From a bacterium (lineage in GTDB: Bacteria > UBA8248 > JACPRG01 > G963555815), in contig CBDHDG010000004.1 of NCBI GenBank assembly GCA_965261595.1, positions 64,001 to 128,000 on the forward strand: a stretch of 64,000 bases of DNA. The letters are read 5' to 3'. The translations under genes were made by a program, and so were the position numbers. The notes under the pieces were generated by a model that was not told where the DNA came from, ran no database searches, and saw only the letters and a list, made by a program, of their open reading frames with translations. The first letter of the stretch is position 1. Each line of letters begins with the position of its first letter. This document shows, one piece after another, positions 42,840 to 52,480 of the stretch.

Positions 42840-43330
42840 AAAATCTGTGGGCGCCCTGGCGGATGGCCTATGTCAAGGAGCATGATTTCGAGGACGGGTG
42901 TTTTTTGTGCCGCGATCTGGCCGATGGGTCCCAGGACACGGAAAACTACGTCCTCATCCGCTCGGCGCTCGCTTTCGTCATCATGAACGTCTTCCCGTAC
43001 AGCAACGGCCACTTGATGGTTTCACCCCGCCGTCACACAGGGGATTTCACGGGCCTGACCGAAGCGGAATCGGCGGAGCTCACCCGCCTCACCCAGCAGT
43101 GTATCCGGGTCCTGGATGAGACGCTGAAACCGCATGGTTACAACGTCGGGTTGAACCTGGGGGAGGCCGCGGGCGCGGGTGTCGCCGACCACCTGCACAT
43201 TCATGTCGTCCCGCGCTGGACGAACGACACGAACTTCATGCCGGTCCTCGCCGACGTGAAGCTGATTCCCGAGCATCTGACCGACACGTATCGGGTGTTG
43301 AGAGAGTCCTTCGAGAGGGCCGGGGAGTAG
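42836..43330 (+). CDS. HIT-family hydrolase (Ap4A phosphorylase-like)
   Basis: LWAPWRM, NVFPYSNGHLMV, HLHIHVVPRW. Confidence 0.92.
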   Translation: MKNLWAPWRMAYVKEHDFEDGCFLCRDLADGSQDTENYVLIRSALAFVIMNVFPYSNGHLMVSPRRHTGDFTGLTEAESAELTRLTQQCIRVLDETLKPHGYNVGLNLGEAAGAGVADHLHIHVVPRWTNDTNFMPVLADVKLIPEHLTDTYRVLRESFERAGE

Positions 43331-43332
43331 GC

Positions 43333-43692
43333 ATGGGCGCCTTGCGTTTCATCATCGCCCTGGCGTTTGTGGTCTTGCTGGTTACGTTCGGCATCAATAA
43401 CATGGAACCGGTTTCCGTGCGATTCTACGGCGTTCCGAGCCGGAGTTATCCGCTCTTCTTTCTCCTCCTGGGCGCTTTCTTATTGGGCGCCCTGGCGATC
43501 TGGCTGTTCAGCGTCTCGGAGAAGTTTCGCCTTCAGTGGCGGCTGCGCCGGGAACAATCCCAGCTTCGCTCGCTACAAGGCCGTGTGCGGGAGATGGAGG
43601 AGAGGAGCCTTGTCCCCGTGCCGGTGGAAGATGAAGATGTCCAAGAGCCTCGGGAAAACCTCCCGGCGGAAGTCCCCCCGGCCGTCCCTTGA
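43333..43692 (+). CDS. LapA-family (lipopolysaccharide assembly protein A) membrane protein
   Basis: Two TM helices around F.I.N.EPV.V.F, then a basic coiled-coil tail. Confidence 0.7.
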   Translation: MGALRFIIALAFVVLLVTFGINNMEPVSVRFYGVPSRSYPLFFLLLGAFLLGALAIWLFSVSEKFRLQWRLRREQSQLRSLQGRVREMEERSLVPVPVEDEDVQEPRENLPAEVPPAVP

Positions 43693-43699
43693 TCCTGTT

Positions 43700-46405
43700 T
43701 TGGCCGATTCCTTCTCCCTTCCCGCGGGCGGAAAGACCGCTCCGCCGGCCCCTTCCCGGACGCGCCGCGAAGGCCCCGCCTTGACGCCGATGATGCGCCA
43801 GTATCGCTCCCTCAAAGGTGAGAATCCGGACGCCGTTTTGTTCTTCCGGATGGGGGACTTCTTCGAGATGTTCTACGAAGACGCGGAGCGGGCCGCGCCC
43901 GTCCTCGATCTCGCCCTGACGTCCCGGCACGACGACGCCCAGGGAAAGGTGCCGATGTGCGGATTTCCCCACCACGCCGTCGAGGGGTACGTAGCCCGGC
44001 TGGTCAAGGCGGGATTTCGCGTGGCCGTCTGCGAGCAGGTGGAAGACCCGAAAAAGGCCAAAGGCCTCGTCCGGCGTGAAGTGGTCCAGGTGGTTTCTCC
44101 CGGGACCGCGACGCAGCCGCAGGTCCTCGAGTCCAAGAGCGGAAACTTTCTTGCCGCCCTGTTCCGCGGCGACCGGGCCATCGGCCTCGCCTTTGCGGAC
44201 CTGTCCACGGGGGAGTTCCGGGCGCTTCAGCTGGAAGGCGAAGAGCGGCATGCCGCCCTGTCCGATGAATGGGCCGATCTGGACCCCAAGGAGGTTTTGT
44301 TGCCGGAAGGGGAGGCGGGCGGTCCCGATTCCCCCCCGCTGTTTCCGGATTCGCAGGAGGCCGGGAGCGCTTTAATCAGCGTGCGGCCTTCGTGGACCTT
44401 CGATCCGGAGGAAGGAGAGCGGGCCCTGCGGTCGGGATTCGGCCTCGGCTCCCTCGAGGGGCTGGGACTGAGCGACATGCCCCTGGGCGTCGGCGCGGCC
44501 GGGGCGCTCTATCACTACCTGCGCGAGACCCAGGGAGATCGGCTCGGACACTTACGGCCGCCGCGGGCCGAATTCCGCGGGGAAAGAATGCTCCTGGACG
44601 CCGCCACGCAGCGAAATCTGGAAATCCTGCGCTCCGGCCCCGAGGGGGAGCGGACCGGGACGCTCCTTGAGATCATGGACCGGACGATGACTCCGATGGG
44701 CGGCCGAAAGCTCAGGGACTGGCTCCTGCATCCGCTCATTCGAATCGAGGAGGTCCAAGCCCGCCTGGAAGCCGTTCGGGCGTTCAAGGAGACCGGCGTC
44801 GGCCTCGAAGCGCTGCGCGGCGCCCTTGAACGAATCGGAGACCTGGAAAGACTACTGGCGCGGCTTCACCTGGGGGCGGGCAACGCGCGCGACCTCCTCC
44901 ATTTGGGGCGGTCACTCGACGCGCTGCCGCTCGTCCGGGAGGCCCTGGCGGACCTCGAGGCGGAAATCATCCGGGATCACCTCGGGGATTGGGACGATCT
45001 CTCCGACGTGGGCGCGGGAATCGACGCCGCCATCGCCGAGGAGCCGCCTCTGTCCCTGCGGGAGGGTGGCCTTATCCGGCATGGGTTCCATCCCGGTCTC
45101 GACCGCCTGACGGAGTTGAGCAAGGGGGCGAAGTCCTGGCTTCGGTCTTATGAAAAACAAGAACGAGAACGGACGGGGATCAAGAATCTCAAGATCGTCT
45201 ACAACAGGGTCTTCGGCTATTGCATCGAAGTGAGCAAGCGCTCGGAGGCGGATGTCCCCGCCGATTACACCCGGCGGCAGACGCTGACGAATGCCGAGCG
45301 GTATGTCACGCCCGCGCTGAAGAAGACCGAGGAAGAAGTCCTTGAGGCCGAAGCCCGCTCCCGGGATTTGGAGTACGAGGTGTTCCAGGAGGTCCGCGGG
45401 GCGGTTCTGGCCGAAACGGAGAGGATTCAAAAGGCGGCGGAGCGGATCGCGGAGCTCGACGTCCTCTCCGGCTTCGCGGAGACGGCCATCCGGAACGACT
45501 ACGTCGAGCCGGAGGTGGATACATCCGGGGCCGTTGAGATTCGGGAGGGACGGCATCCGGTTCTCGAACGCTCGCCCGCGGCGGTCGAGGAGCGGTTCGT
45601 CCCGAACGATACGGACCTGAGCGCATCCGAGCGGCAGGTTCTGGTGGTGACCGGACCCAACATGGCGGGCAAATCCACCTACATCCGTCAAGTGGCGCTG
45701 ATCGTCCTTCTGGCCCAGGCGGGAAGCTTCGTTCCGGCCGCCTCCGCCCGTGTCGGCCTCGTCGACCGGATCTTTACGCGGGTCGGGGCGCACGACCGGC
45801 TGCAACGGGGGCAGAGCACGTTCATGGTGGAGATGGTGGAAACGGCCTACATCCTGCACCACGCCGGCCCCCGGAGTCTGGTCATCCTGGACGAGATCGG
45901 GCGCGGCACTTCGACCTTCGACGGGATCAGCATCGCTTGGGCGGTGGCCGAGCACCTTCACGGCGCCGGGGACAGCGGGCCGCGGACGTTGTTCGCCACC
46001 CATTATCACGAGCTGGCCGAGCTGACCAACCGGCTCCCCCGGATGAAGAACCTGACCATGCTGTCGCGGGAATACGAGGGGAGCGTGGTTTTTCTCCGTC
46101 AAGTGGTCGAGGGGGCTTCGGACCGAAGTTTCGGCATTCACGTGGCGCGCCTGGCGGGGTTTCCCGCGGAGACCTTGGAGCGGGCGGCCCAAATCCTTGC
46201 GACCTTCGAGGGCCGGGAAAAGGAGCGCGCGCCGAAGACGCCGCCGCCCGCGGACGCTCCTCAACTGGGCCTTTTTCGGCCGGAGGATTCCGACTGTTTG
46301 CAAACGCTGAAAGAGGCGGACCCGAATCAGATGACGCCCATCGAGGCGTTGAATTTTCTGCACCGGCTGAAGCGGAACGTCATGGGAGATGACGACCCCT
46401 CGTAA
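43700..46405 (+). CDS. mutS: DNA mismatch repair protein MutS (start approximate)
   Basis: TPMMRQY, FFRMGDFFEMF, TGPNMAGKST, STFMVEM, DEIGRGTST, FATHYHEL. Confidence 0.96.
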   Translation: MADSFSLPAGGKTAPPAPSRTRREGPALTPMMRQYRSLKGENPDAVLFFRMGDFFEMFYEDAERAAPVLDLALTSRHDDAQGKVPMCGFPHHAVEGYVARLVKAGFRVAVCEQVEDPKKAKGLVRREVVQVVSPGTATQPQVLESKSGNFLAALFRGDRAIGLAFADLSTGEFRALQLEGEERHAALSDEWADLDPKEVLLPEGEAGGPDSPPLFPDSQEAGSALISVRPSWTFDPEEGERALRSGFGLGSLEGLGLSDMPLGVGAAGALYHYLRETQGDRLGHLRPPRAEFRGERMLLDAATQRNLEILRSGPEGERTGTLLEIMDRTMTPMGGRKLRDWLLHPLIRIEEVQARLEAVRAFKETGVGLEALRGALERIGDLERLLARLHLGAGNARDLLHLGRSLDALPLVREALADLEAEIIRDHLGDWDDLSDVGAGIDAAIAEEPPLSLREGGLIRHGFHPGLDRLTELSKGAKSWLRSYEKQERERTGIKNLKIVYNRVFGYCIEVSKRSEADVPADYTRRQTLTNAERYVTPALKKTEEEVLEAEARSRDLEYEVFQEVRGAVLAETERIQKAAERIAELDVLSGFAETAIRNDYVEPEVDTSGAVEIREGRHPVLERSPAAVEERFVPNDTDLSASERQVLVVTGPNMAGKSTYIRQVALIVLLAQAGSFVPAASARVGLVDRIFTRVGAHDRLQRGQSTFMVEMVETAYILHHAGPRSLVILDEIGRGTSTFDGISIAWAVAEHLHGAGDSGPRTLFATHYHELAELTNRLPRMKNLTMLSREYEGSVVFLRQVVEGASDRSFGIHVARLAGFPAETLERAAQILATFEGREKERAPKTPPPADAPQLGLFRPEDSDCLQTLKEADPNQMTPIEALNFLHRLKRNVMGDDDPS

Positions 46406-46561
46406 TTTAGCCTTGCCCGCGGGGCCTGCATTCCCTAACATACCGTAAATCAAAGGTAAGGTGGTTTTAAATCCGGGAAGCCCCGGGCGTGTTTGTGAAA
46501 AGGTTTTTGTGAAGAGGAGGCCTTTCCGGTTTCCCGCGTAAAACGATTCACGAAAGATGGG

Positions 46562-46722
46562 TATTGGCCGGGCCGCCTTGCGGAATCTTGATCGCGCTTG
46601 AAAATTGACAGTAGAAGGACCGTCTTCTCGGGACCGCCTCCCGCTTGCGCTATTGGCCGGGCCGCCTTGCGGAATCTTGATCGCGCTTGAAAATTGACAG
46701 TAGAAGGACCGTCTTCTCGGGA
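46562..46722. repeat. Two identical 72-bp direct repeats (46562-46633 and 46651-46722)
   Basis: TATTGGCCGGGCCGCC...AAAATTGACAGTAGAAGGACCGTCTTCTCGGGA repeated with an 89-bp period. Confidence 0.93.
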
Positions 46723-46738
46723 ATGGCCGGGACGCTTC

Positions 46739-48964
46739 ATGCAAACAAAATCGACCGGAAAGAACGAACGCACGAAGACGAGGGTCCGGCGGATCATTCT
46801 GGGGATGGTGTGCGTTATCATCATGCTCGCCATCACCGGAATTTATTTCGAGTTTAATCCCACCCACCTGGTCGCCAACAACGTCATCGTTTACGCCCTG
46901 GTCAACGTCAACATCATTTTGTTGCTGGCGGTGATCCTCCTGGTGATGCGAAACCTCTTGAATCTTTACGCCGAGCGGCGTCAGGGGACTATCGGCGCCA
47001 AGTTCCGAAGCAAGTTGGTCACGGCCTTCGTGGGATTGGCGCTTGTGCCCTCCATTCTGCTCTTTGTCGTTGCCAACGGATTGATCAACCGGAGCATCGA
47101 GAGCTGGTTCAGCGCCCAGGTGGAAAGAACGCTGAGGGATTCCCAGGACGTGGTGCGGCGGATCACGGAGGAGACGGAAAGTCGATTGTCCACTTTGGCG
47201 ACGACCCTGGCCGGGAAGATTAATATCGCCGACTTCGCCCGCCCCGCCTCGCGGGCGGAATTGCAATCGGCCTTGGGGGTGATGCGGCGCGAGCATCAGA
47301 TCGACGGGCTGCAAATCATTTCCGCCGACCAAAAATCCTTCCTCAACGCCCGGAACAAGGACGCGCCGGCCGGCCTGCTTCTGATGGGCCTCGCGCCTGA
47401 GCGGATCGACAAGGTTTTGAGCGGAAAGAATGTGATCGAAAGGAAGCGCCTCGAATCGGGAAGGATCGTGCGTGCGGTCACTGCGCTGGAGGCCGGATCG
47501 GGGAAGAAACGGACGCTGGGCCTGTTGGTCCTGTCGCGTTTCATTCCTTTGAACCTGACGAAAAAGATGGAAAAGGTTGTGGGAACGTACCGCGAGTACA
47601 AGCAACTCGAGATGTTCGAGGACCCGCTCAAGCTGAGCTACCTCATCACGTTTTTGCTGATTACGCTGTTGATCATCTTCTCGGCCATCTGGTTCGGGTT
47701 CTATCTGGCCCGCGGGATCACCGAGCCCATCCAGGCCCTGGTGGAAGGCACCCGCTCGGTGGCCGAAGGCAATCTCAATACGCACGTGAAGCGGGGCGGC
47801 GACGACGAGATCGGCTATCTGGTGGACGCGTTCAACGCCATGACCTCCGATCTCAAGCGGGGAAAGGAATGGCTCGAGCGAAGCAACGACGAATTGGTAA
47901 GCCGGCGGGTGTACATGGAACGGGTCCTGGAGCGGATCGGGGCCGGCGTGGTGTCTCTGGACCGGCGCGGACGCGTGACCACCATCAACCGGTCGGCGGA
48001 GCGGGTGCTGGGCGTCAAGGGGGTGAACGCGCTGGGCTCTCACTACCGGCAGGTGTTCACGGCGCCGCTGATCGAGCCCGCCCGGGAGATCTTCCGTGAG
48101 ATTCTCCAGGCCGGCCGCGATCGCCTGGACGCCCAGCGGTCCGTCACAGTCAGCGGCCGGCTCCTGACGTTGCTGATCAGCGTCAGCGTTTTGACCGACC
48201 GCGACGGAAAAGAGCTGGGCATGGTTTTGGTGTTCGAAGACCTGACGGAGCTGCTCAAGGCGCAGAAGCTCGCCGCGTGGCGGGAAGTCGCACAGGGGAT
48301 CGCTCATGAAATCAAGAACCCCCTGACGCCCATTCAGCTTTCGACGCAGCGGCTGAGAAAAAAATATCAGGAATCCTCCCCGGACTTCGACGTGATTTTC
48401 CAGGAGTGCACGACAGTCATCATCAATCAGGTGAAGGGGCTCATGGAGTTGGTCAATGAATTTTCCCGGTTCGCCCGCATGCCCGAGCCCCAGCCCCGCT
48501 TCTGCAACCTGAACACCTTGATCCGGGAAACCGTGGCGTTGTACAAGGGACACCCGAAGGGGCTCGGGATCGAGACCGACTTCGATGAGCGGCTGGGGCA
48601 GGTCCATGTCGATGAAGAGCAGATGAAGCGCGTCTTCATCAATCTGATCGACAACGCGATTGACGCCGCGCGGCGGGGGGGGCATCTTGTCATCCGGACC
48701 TCGCGGGACGATTTTCAGGGAATGTTGAAGATCGAATTCAGTGACGACGGGTCGGGAATCTCGGCGGCGGACCGCAGCCAGTTGTTTCTGCCCTATTTCA
48801 CGACGAAGCGGCGCGGGACCGGCCTCGGTCTGGCTATCGTCCATCGGATCATCGCCGATCACGACGGCGCCATCGAGGTCCGGGAGAAATCGCCGCACGG
48901 GGCGACGTTCGAGATCCGACTTCCCTTGAATGGCGAGACCGCGCGGTCCCGGTTGGCGGTCTAG
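46739..48964 (+). CDS. NtrY-like membrane sensor histidine kinase (TM-periplasmic-HAMP-PAS-HisKA-HATPase)
   Basis: N-terminal TMs, HAMP (DEIG.L..AFN.M), PAS, AWREVAQGIAHEIKNPLTPIQL, NLIDNA, DDGSG, GTGLGL. Confidence 0.9.
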   Translation: MQTKSTGKNERTKTRVRRIILGMVCVIIMLAITGIYFEFNPTHLVANNVIVYALVNVNIILLLAVILLVMRNLLNLYAERRQGTIGAKFRSKLVTAFVGLALVPSILLFVVANGLINRSIESWFSAQVERTLRDSQDVVRRITEETESRLSTLATTLAGKINIADFARPASRAELQSALGVMRREHQIDGLQIISADQKSFLNARNKDAPAGLLLMGLAPERIDKVLSGKNVIERKRLESGRIVRAVTALEAGSGKKRTLGLLVLSRFIPLNLTKKMEKVVGTYREYKQLEMFEDPLKLSYLITFLLITLLIIFSAIWFGFYLARGITEPIQALVEGTRSVAEGNLNTHVKRGGDDEIGYLVDAFNAMTSDLKRGKEWLERSNDELVSRRVYMERVLERIGAGVVSLDRRGRVTTINRSAERVLGVKGVNALGSHYRQVFTAPLIEPAREIFREILQAGRDRLDAQRSVTVSGRLLTLLISVSVLTDRDGKELGMVLVFEDLTELLKAQKLAAWREVAQGIAHEIKNPLTPIQLSTQRLRKKYQESSPDFDVIFQECTTVIINQVKGLMELVNEFSRFARMPEPQPRFCNLNTLIRETVALYKGHPKGLGIETDFDERLGQVHVDEEQMKRVFINLIDNAIDAARRGGHLVIRTSRDDFQGMLKIEFSDDGSGISAADRSQLFLPYFTTKRRGTGLGLAIVHRIIADHDGAIEVREKSPHGATFEIRLPLNGETARSRLAV

Positions 48965-49189
48965 CCTCAGGGCTGAAACACCATGGGAGGCTTGGCGATT
49001 TCAGTCCTTGCGGCGAGGGCCGAGGGTCGGTTGACCCTGCGCCCGCCCTGGCTGAGGCCCAACCGGCTGGAGCGAAGGGGGGTTTCCTCCGCACGGTGAG
49101 GGTGTTGGATAATCGCGGATTTCTCCCTGCGGATCGCGTCGCGGGGTTTCTCAATTTCCGCTTCAAGGCTTGATTGAGGGAAGAGCGCA

Positions 49190-51382
49190 TTGAGTCGGGG
49201 TCATATCCTGATCGTAGACGACGAAGAGAGCATCCGGTTGTCCCTGGAGGGGATCCTCAAAGACGAGGGGTACACCATCTCTCAGGCGTCCGACGGGGAC
49301 GAGGCCCTGGCGCTTCTGGACCGGGTGGTCCCGGATGTGGTCCTTCTCGATGTCTGGCTTCCCGGGCTGAACGGCATTCAGGCCCTCCAGGCGGTGAGGA
49401 AGCGGCAGGCGGACCTGGAGGTCATCATGATGTCCGGTCATGCCAACATCGAAACCGCGGTCAAGGCGACAAAGCTGGGGGCGTTCGACTTCATTGAAAA
49501 ACCCTTGTCGCTGGACCAGGTGGTTCACACCGTCGAGCTGGCCTTGCGCCAGCATCGGCTGTTCCGGGAAAATTCGGGGATCCGGAGCCGCCTGGATCAG
49601 TCCTCGGAATTGATCGGCCGAAGCCGGGCCTTGTTCAAGCTTTGGCAGACGATAGAATCCTGCGCCTCCGGTGAAGGCGTTGTCTTGATTTACGGGGAGC
49701 CCGGGACCGGAAAGGAATTGGTCGCCCGATTGATTCAGGAGCGCAGGTCGGGCGTCGGCCAACCCTTCCTGCGTGTGGACTGCGGCGACGGGACTTCCGA
49801 TCCGCTGTCTCTCAAGCAGCGAACCTTCGGATCGGAAGGGCCTTCCGGCGAGGTCCAGGCCGGGGCGCTGGAAGCGGCCGGGGAGGGGGCGGTTTATCTT
49901 CATGGGGCGGAGAGGATGAATTCGGAGGTCGCCCTCTTGTTGGCCGAGGCGCTCGAATCCGGTGAATTTCGCCGCGAGGGCGGACGTCGTCCGCTTCCCA
50001 TGAAGGCCGGGATCATATTCTCCACAACCGCCGATCTTCAAATAACGCCCATCAAAGAATTATTCGATCGGGAAATCGGAGCCCTGATCTCCCACGAGCC
50101 CGTCCGCGTCCCGCCCCTGCGCGAGCGCTGGGAGGACATCCCGAGTCTCTGCGAGCACTTTCTATCGCAATATTGCAGCCATCACGGCCTGCGACGTCCG
50201 GTCATCGCCGAAGAGGCGATGGAAGCCATCGAGAAGCACGCCTGGCCGGACAACATCAAAGGGCTCATGAACACCATCGAATGGCTCATCGCCCAGGAGA
50301 CCGGAGAGGTTGTTGAAGTGGAGGACCTTCCCGGGGTGGTGCGGGGGATTACGGAAAAGGAGGCGGAAGACAGGCCGACGGTTCAGGTCCGGGAGCGGCG
50401 GAAAGGGGCCAAGGGCGCCCTGATCGAGCGTCTGAAGGAAAACAACGGAAACCTCCGCAAGACGGCTTCCGAATTGGGAATCTCCGAAGGCGATCTGCGC
50501 GCTGGAATCGACGATGACCGCCCGGGGGCCTCTTCGGGGCGGGCGGGCGCGGGCGTGGCCCAGCGGACCCTGGGAAAAAGCGTGTTGTTGAGCGGCCAGG
50601 GGCTCCATTCAGGACTGAAAACCGGCCTGATCCTCTCCCCCCTTCCGCCCGACAGCGGGATCCGGTTCGGAAGCATCACAACCGAGGAGACCGTTCCGGC
50701 CCATCTGGACAACGTGGTCTCCACGGACTTCGCCACCACCCTTCAGCGGGGAAACGTCAAGGTCCGGACCATCGAGCACCTCATGTCCACCCTGCACGCC
50801 TACGGTGTCCACAATCTCTTGATCAAGGTCGAGAACGAGATCCCCATCATGGACGGATCGGCGGTGGAATTCTGCCGGCTCATCGACGAGGCGGGCGTTA
50901 TCGAGCAGGAGGCGTCCCTCGATCCGTTGAAAATTCAATCGACCGTTGAAGTGGTTTCGGAACGCGCCGGACAGGAGCCCGCGGTGCTGAAGATCGAGCC
51001 TCACACGGAATTCATCATCGAATTCCAATTCCTCCTGCCGAAGCCCATCGGGATGCAGAAGTTCTCCTACACCCTGGACGGACCCGAATCCTTCCGGGAC
51101 GCCATCGCCCCGGCCCGGACGTTCGGCGAGATCAAAGAGGTTGAGCGGCAGGGCAAACGCGGGCTGATCGGGGGCGGAAGACTGGACAATGTGATTCTCC
51201 TGGACGCGGGAAGGGTGATCAACACGGAGCTCCGCTTTCCCGACGAGTTTGTCCGGCACAAAATCCTCGACGTTATCGGCGATCTCTACCTCCTGGGCCG
51301 GCCCCTGAGGGGGAAGGTGACCGCCCGGATGAGCGGTCACACCGAAAACATCAAACTTCTCCGCAAGATTCAGACCGCGTGA
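49190..51382 (+). CDS. lpxC: Fusion: NtrX-like response regulator (REC + degenerate AAA+ + Fis-like HTH) joined to LpxC UDP-3-O-acyl-GlcNAc deacetylase
   Basis: REC: IVDDE, LLDVW, MSGH, FIEKP. Walker A GEPGTGKE. From about 50555: QRTL, GQGLHSG, TIEHLM, EIPIMDGSA, IAPARTFG, RHKILDVIGDL, GHTEN. No stop between modules. Confidence 0.9.
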   Translation: MSRGHILIVDDEESIRLSLEGILKDEGYTISQASDGDEALALLDRVVPDVVLLDVWLPGLNGIQALQAVRKRQADLEVIMMSGHANIETAVKATKLGAFDFIEKPLSLDQVVHTVELALRQHRLFRENSGIRSRLDQSSELIGRSRALFKLWQTIESCASGEGVVLIYGEPGTGKELVARLIQERRSGVGQPFLRVDCGDGTSDPLSLKQRTFGSEGPSGEVQAGALEAAGEGAVYLHGAERMNSEVALLLAEALESGEFRREGGRRPLPMKAGIIFSTTADLQITPIKELFDREIGALISHEPVRVPPLRERWEDIPSLCEHFLSQYCSHHGLRRPVIAEEAMEAIEKHAWPDNIKGLMNTIEWLIAQETGEVVEVEDLPGVVRGITEKEAEDRPTVQVRERRKGAKGALIERLKENNGNLRKTASELGISEGDLRAGIDDDRPGASSGRAGAGVAQRTLGKSVLLSGQGLHSGLKTGLILSPLPPDSGIRFGSITTEETVPAHLDNVVSTDFATTLQRGNVKVRTIEHLMSTLHAYGVHNLLIKVENEIPIMDGSAVEFCRLIDEAGVIEQEASLDPLKIQSTVEVVSERAGQEPAVLKIEPHTEFIIEFQFLLPKPIGMQKFSYTLDGPESFRDAIAPARTFGEIKEVERQGKRGLIGGGRLDNVILLDAGRVINTELRFPDEFVRHKILDVIGDLYLLGRPLRGKVTARMSGHTENIKLLRKIQTA

Positions 51383-52461
51383 CCCGACCTGAAAATCCGA
51401 ATCGGCCCGAATCCGGCCTGACCTACCGTGGGGCGGGCGTCGATATCGAGGCCGCCGACGCGCTGGTTCCGCGTTTGCGGGAGTTGGCCGAATCCACCCG
51501 CCGCCCGGAGGTGGAGGGAGCGATCGGAGGGTTCGGCGGCGGATTCCGGATCCCGCCGGGGCGCCGGGCGCCTGTCCTCATCGCTGGCATGGACGGCGTG
51601 GGCACAAAGCTCGATCTCCTGATCCGCACGGGGGGACACGCCGCCGCGGGGCGGGATCTGGTCGCCATGTGTGTGAACGATGTTCTGGCACACGGGGCCG
51701 AACCCCTTTTTTTCCTCGATTACATCGCGGCCGGAAGGTTGGACGCCGGCGTGGCGGCGGAAGTGGTGACCGGCGTCGCCGAGGCCTGCGTGGAATGCGG
51801 CTGTGCGCTTCTGGGCGGAGAAACGGCTGAGATGCCGGGCTTTTACGCCGGAGCGCGGTATGACCTGGCCGGCTGCGCCGTCGGCATCGTGGAACGGGAT
51901 CAGGTCATCGACGGGAAAAAGATTCGCCCGGGCGACGTCCTGTTGGGACTCGCTTCGAACGGTCCGCACAACAATGGTTTCTCCTTGATTCGGCGCATCC
52001 TGGAAGAGAAATCCCTGTCGCTGGACGCCCTGCTTCCCGGCCCGGGGGGGGGGGAGGAGGAGGTGCGAACCTTGGCAGAGGCCTTGCTGGCCCCGACGCG
52101 GCTTTACGTCCGGCCCGTCCTGGACGCCCTTCGGGAAATTCCCGTTACGGGCATCGCCCATATCACGGGCGGGGGGATTGCCGGAAACCTGGCGCGCGTC
52201 CTGCCGGAGAACTGTCGGGCCGTCGTCAGAAACGGCGATTGGCCCGTGCCGTCCGTCTTCGGCTACCTCCAATCGGCCGGCGACATCGACGCCCGGGAGA
52301 TGGAGACCGTGTTCAACATGGGGATCGGTCTCATCGTTGTGGTTTCCGCCTCCAACGGGGAGCGGATGATGAAAAAGCTGCGTCAATCCAGTGAGGAAGT
52401 CTACGCGATTGGACGCATCGAGGAAGGACGCGCGACCGGGAAGCGCGTGGTTCTGGAATAG
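51379..52461 (+). CDS. purM: Phosphoribosylformylglycinamidine cyclo-ligase
   Basis: YRGAGVD, DGVGTK, MCVND, PLFFLDY, GGETAEMP, AHITGGG, FNMGIG. Confidence 0.95.
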   Translation: MTRPENPNRPESGLTYRGAGVDIEAADALVPRLRELAESTRRPEVEGAIGGFGGGFRIPPGRRAPVLIAGMDGVGTKLDLLIRTGGHAAAGRDLVAMCVNDVLAHGAEPLFFLDYIAAGRLDAGVAAEVVTGVAEACVECGCALLGGETAEMPGFYAGARYDLAGCAVGIVERDQVIDGKKIRPGDVLLGLASNGPHNNGFSLIRRILEEKSLSLDALLPGPGGGEEEVRTLAEALLAPTRLYVRPVLDALREIPVTGIAHITGGGIAGNLARVLPENCRAVVRNGDWPVPSVFGYLQSAGDIDAREMETVFNMGIGLIVVVSASNGERMMKKLRQSSEEVYAIGRIEEGRATGKRVVLE

Positions 52462-52480
52462 GGGGGGAAGGGGGGAGGAG

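Noticed and set aside
46562..46722. CRISPR array or sigma54 promoter in the 72-bp repeat
   Set aside because: Only two long units with a 17-bp gap and no cas genes; TGGC...TTGC spacing is GG-N12-GC, not the required N10.
44912..48898. 1328-aa antisense ORF spanning mutS and the kinase
   Set aside because: Antisense shadow from GC3 bias; no recognisable domains.
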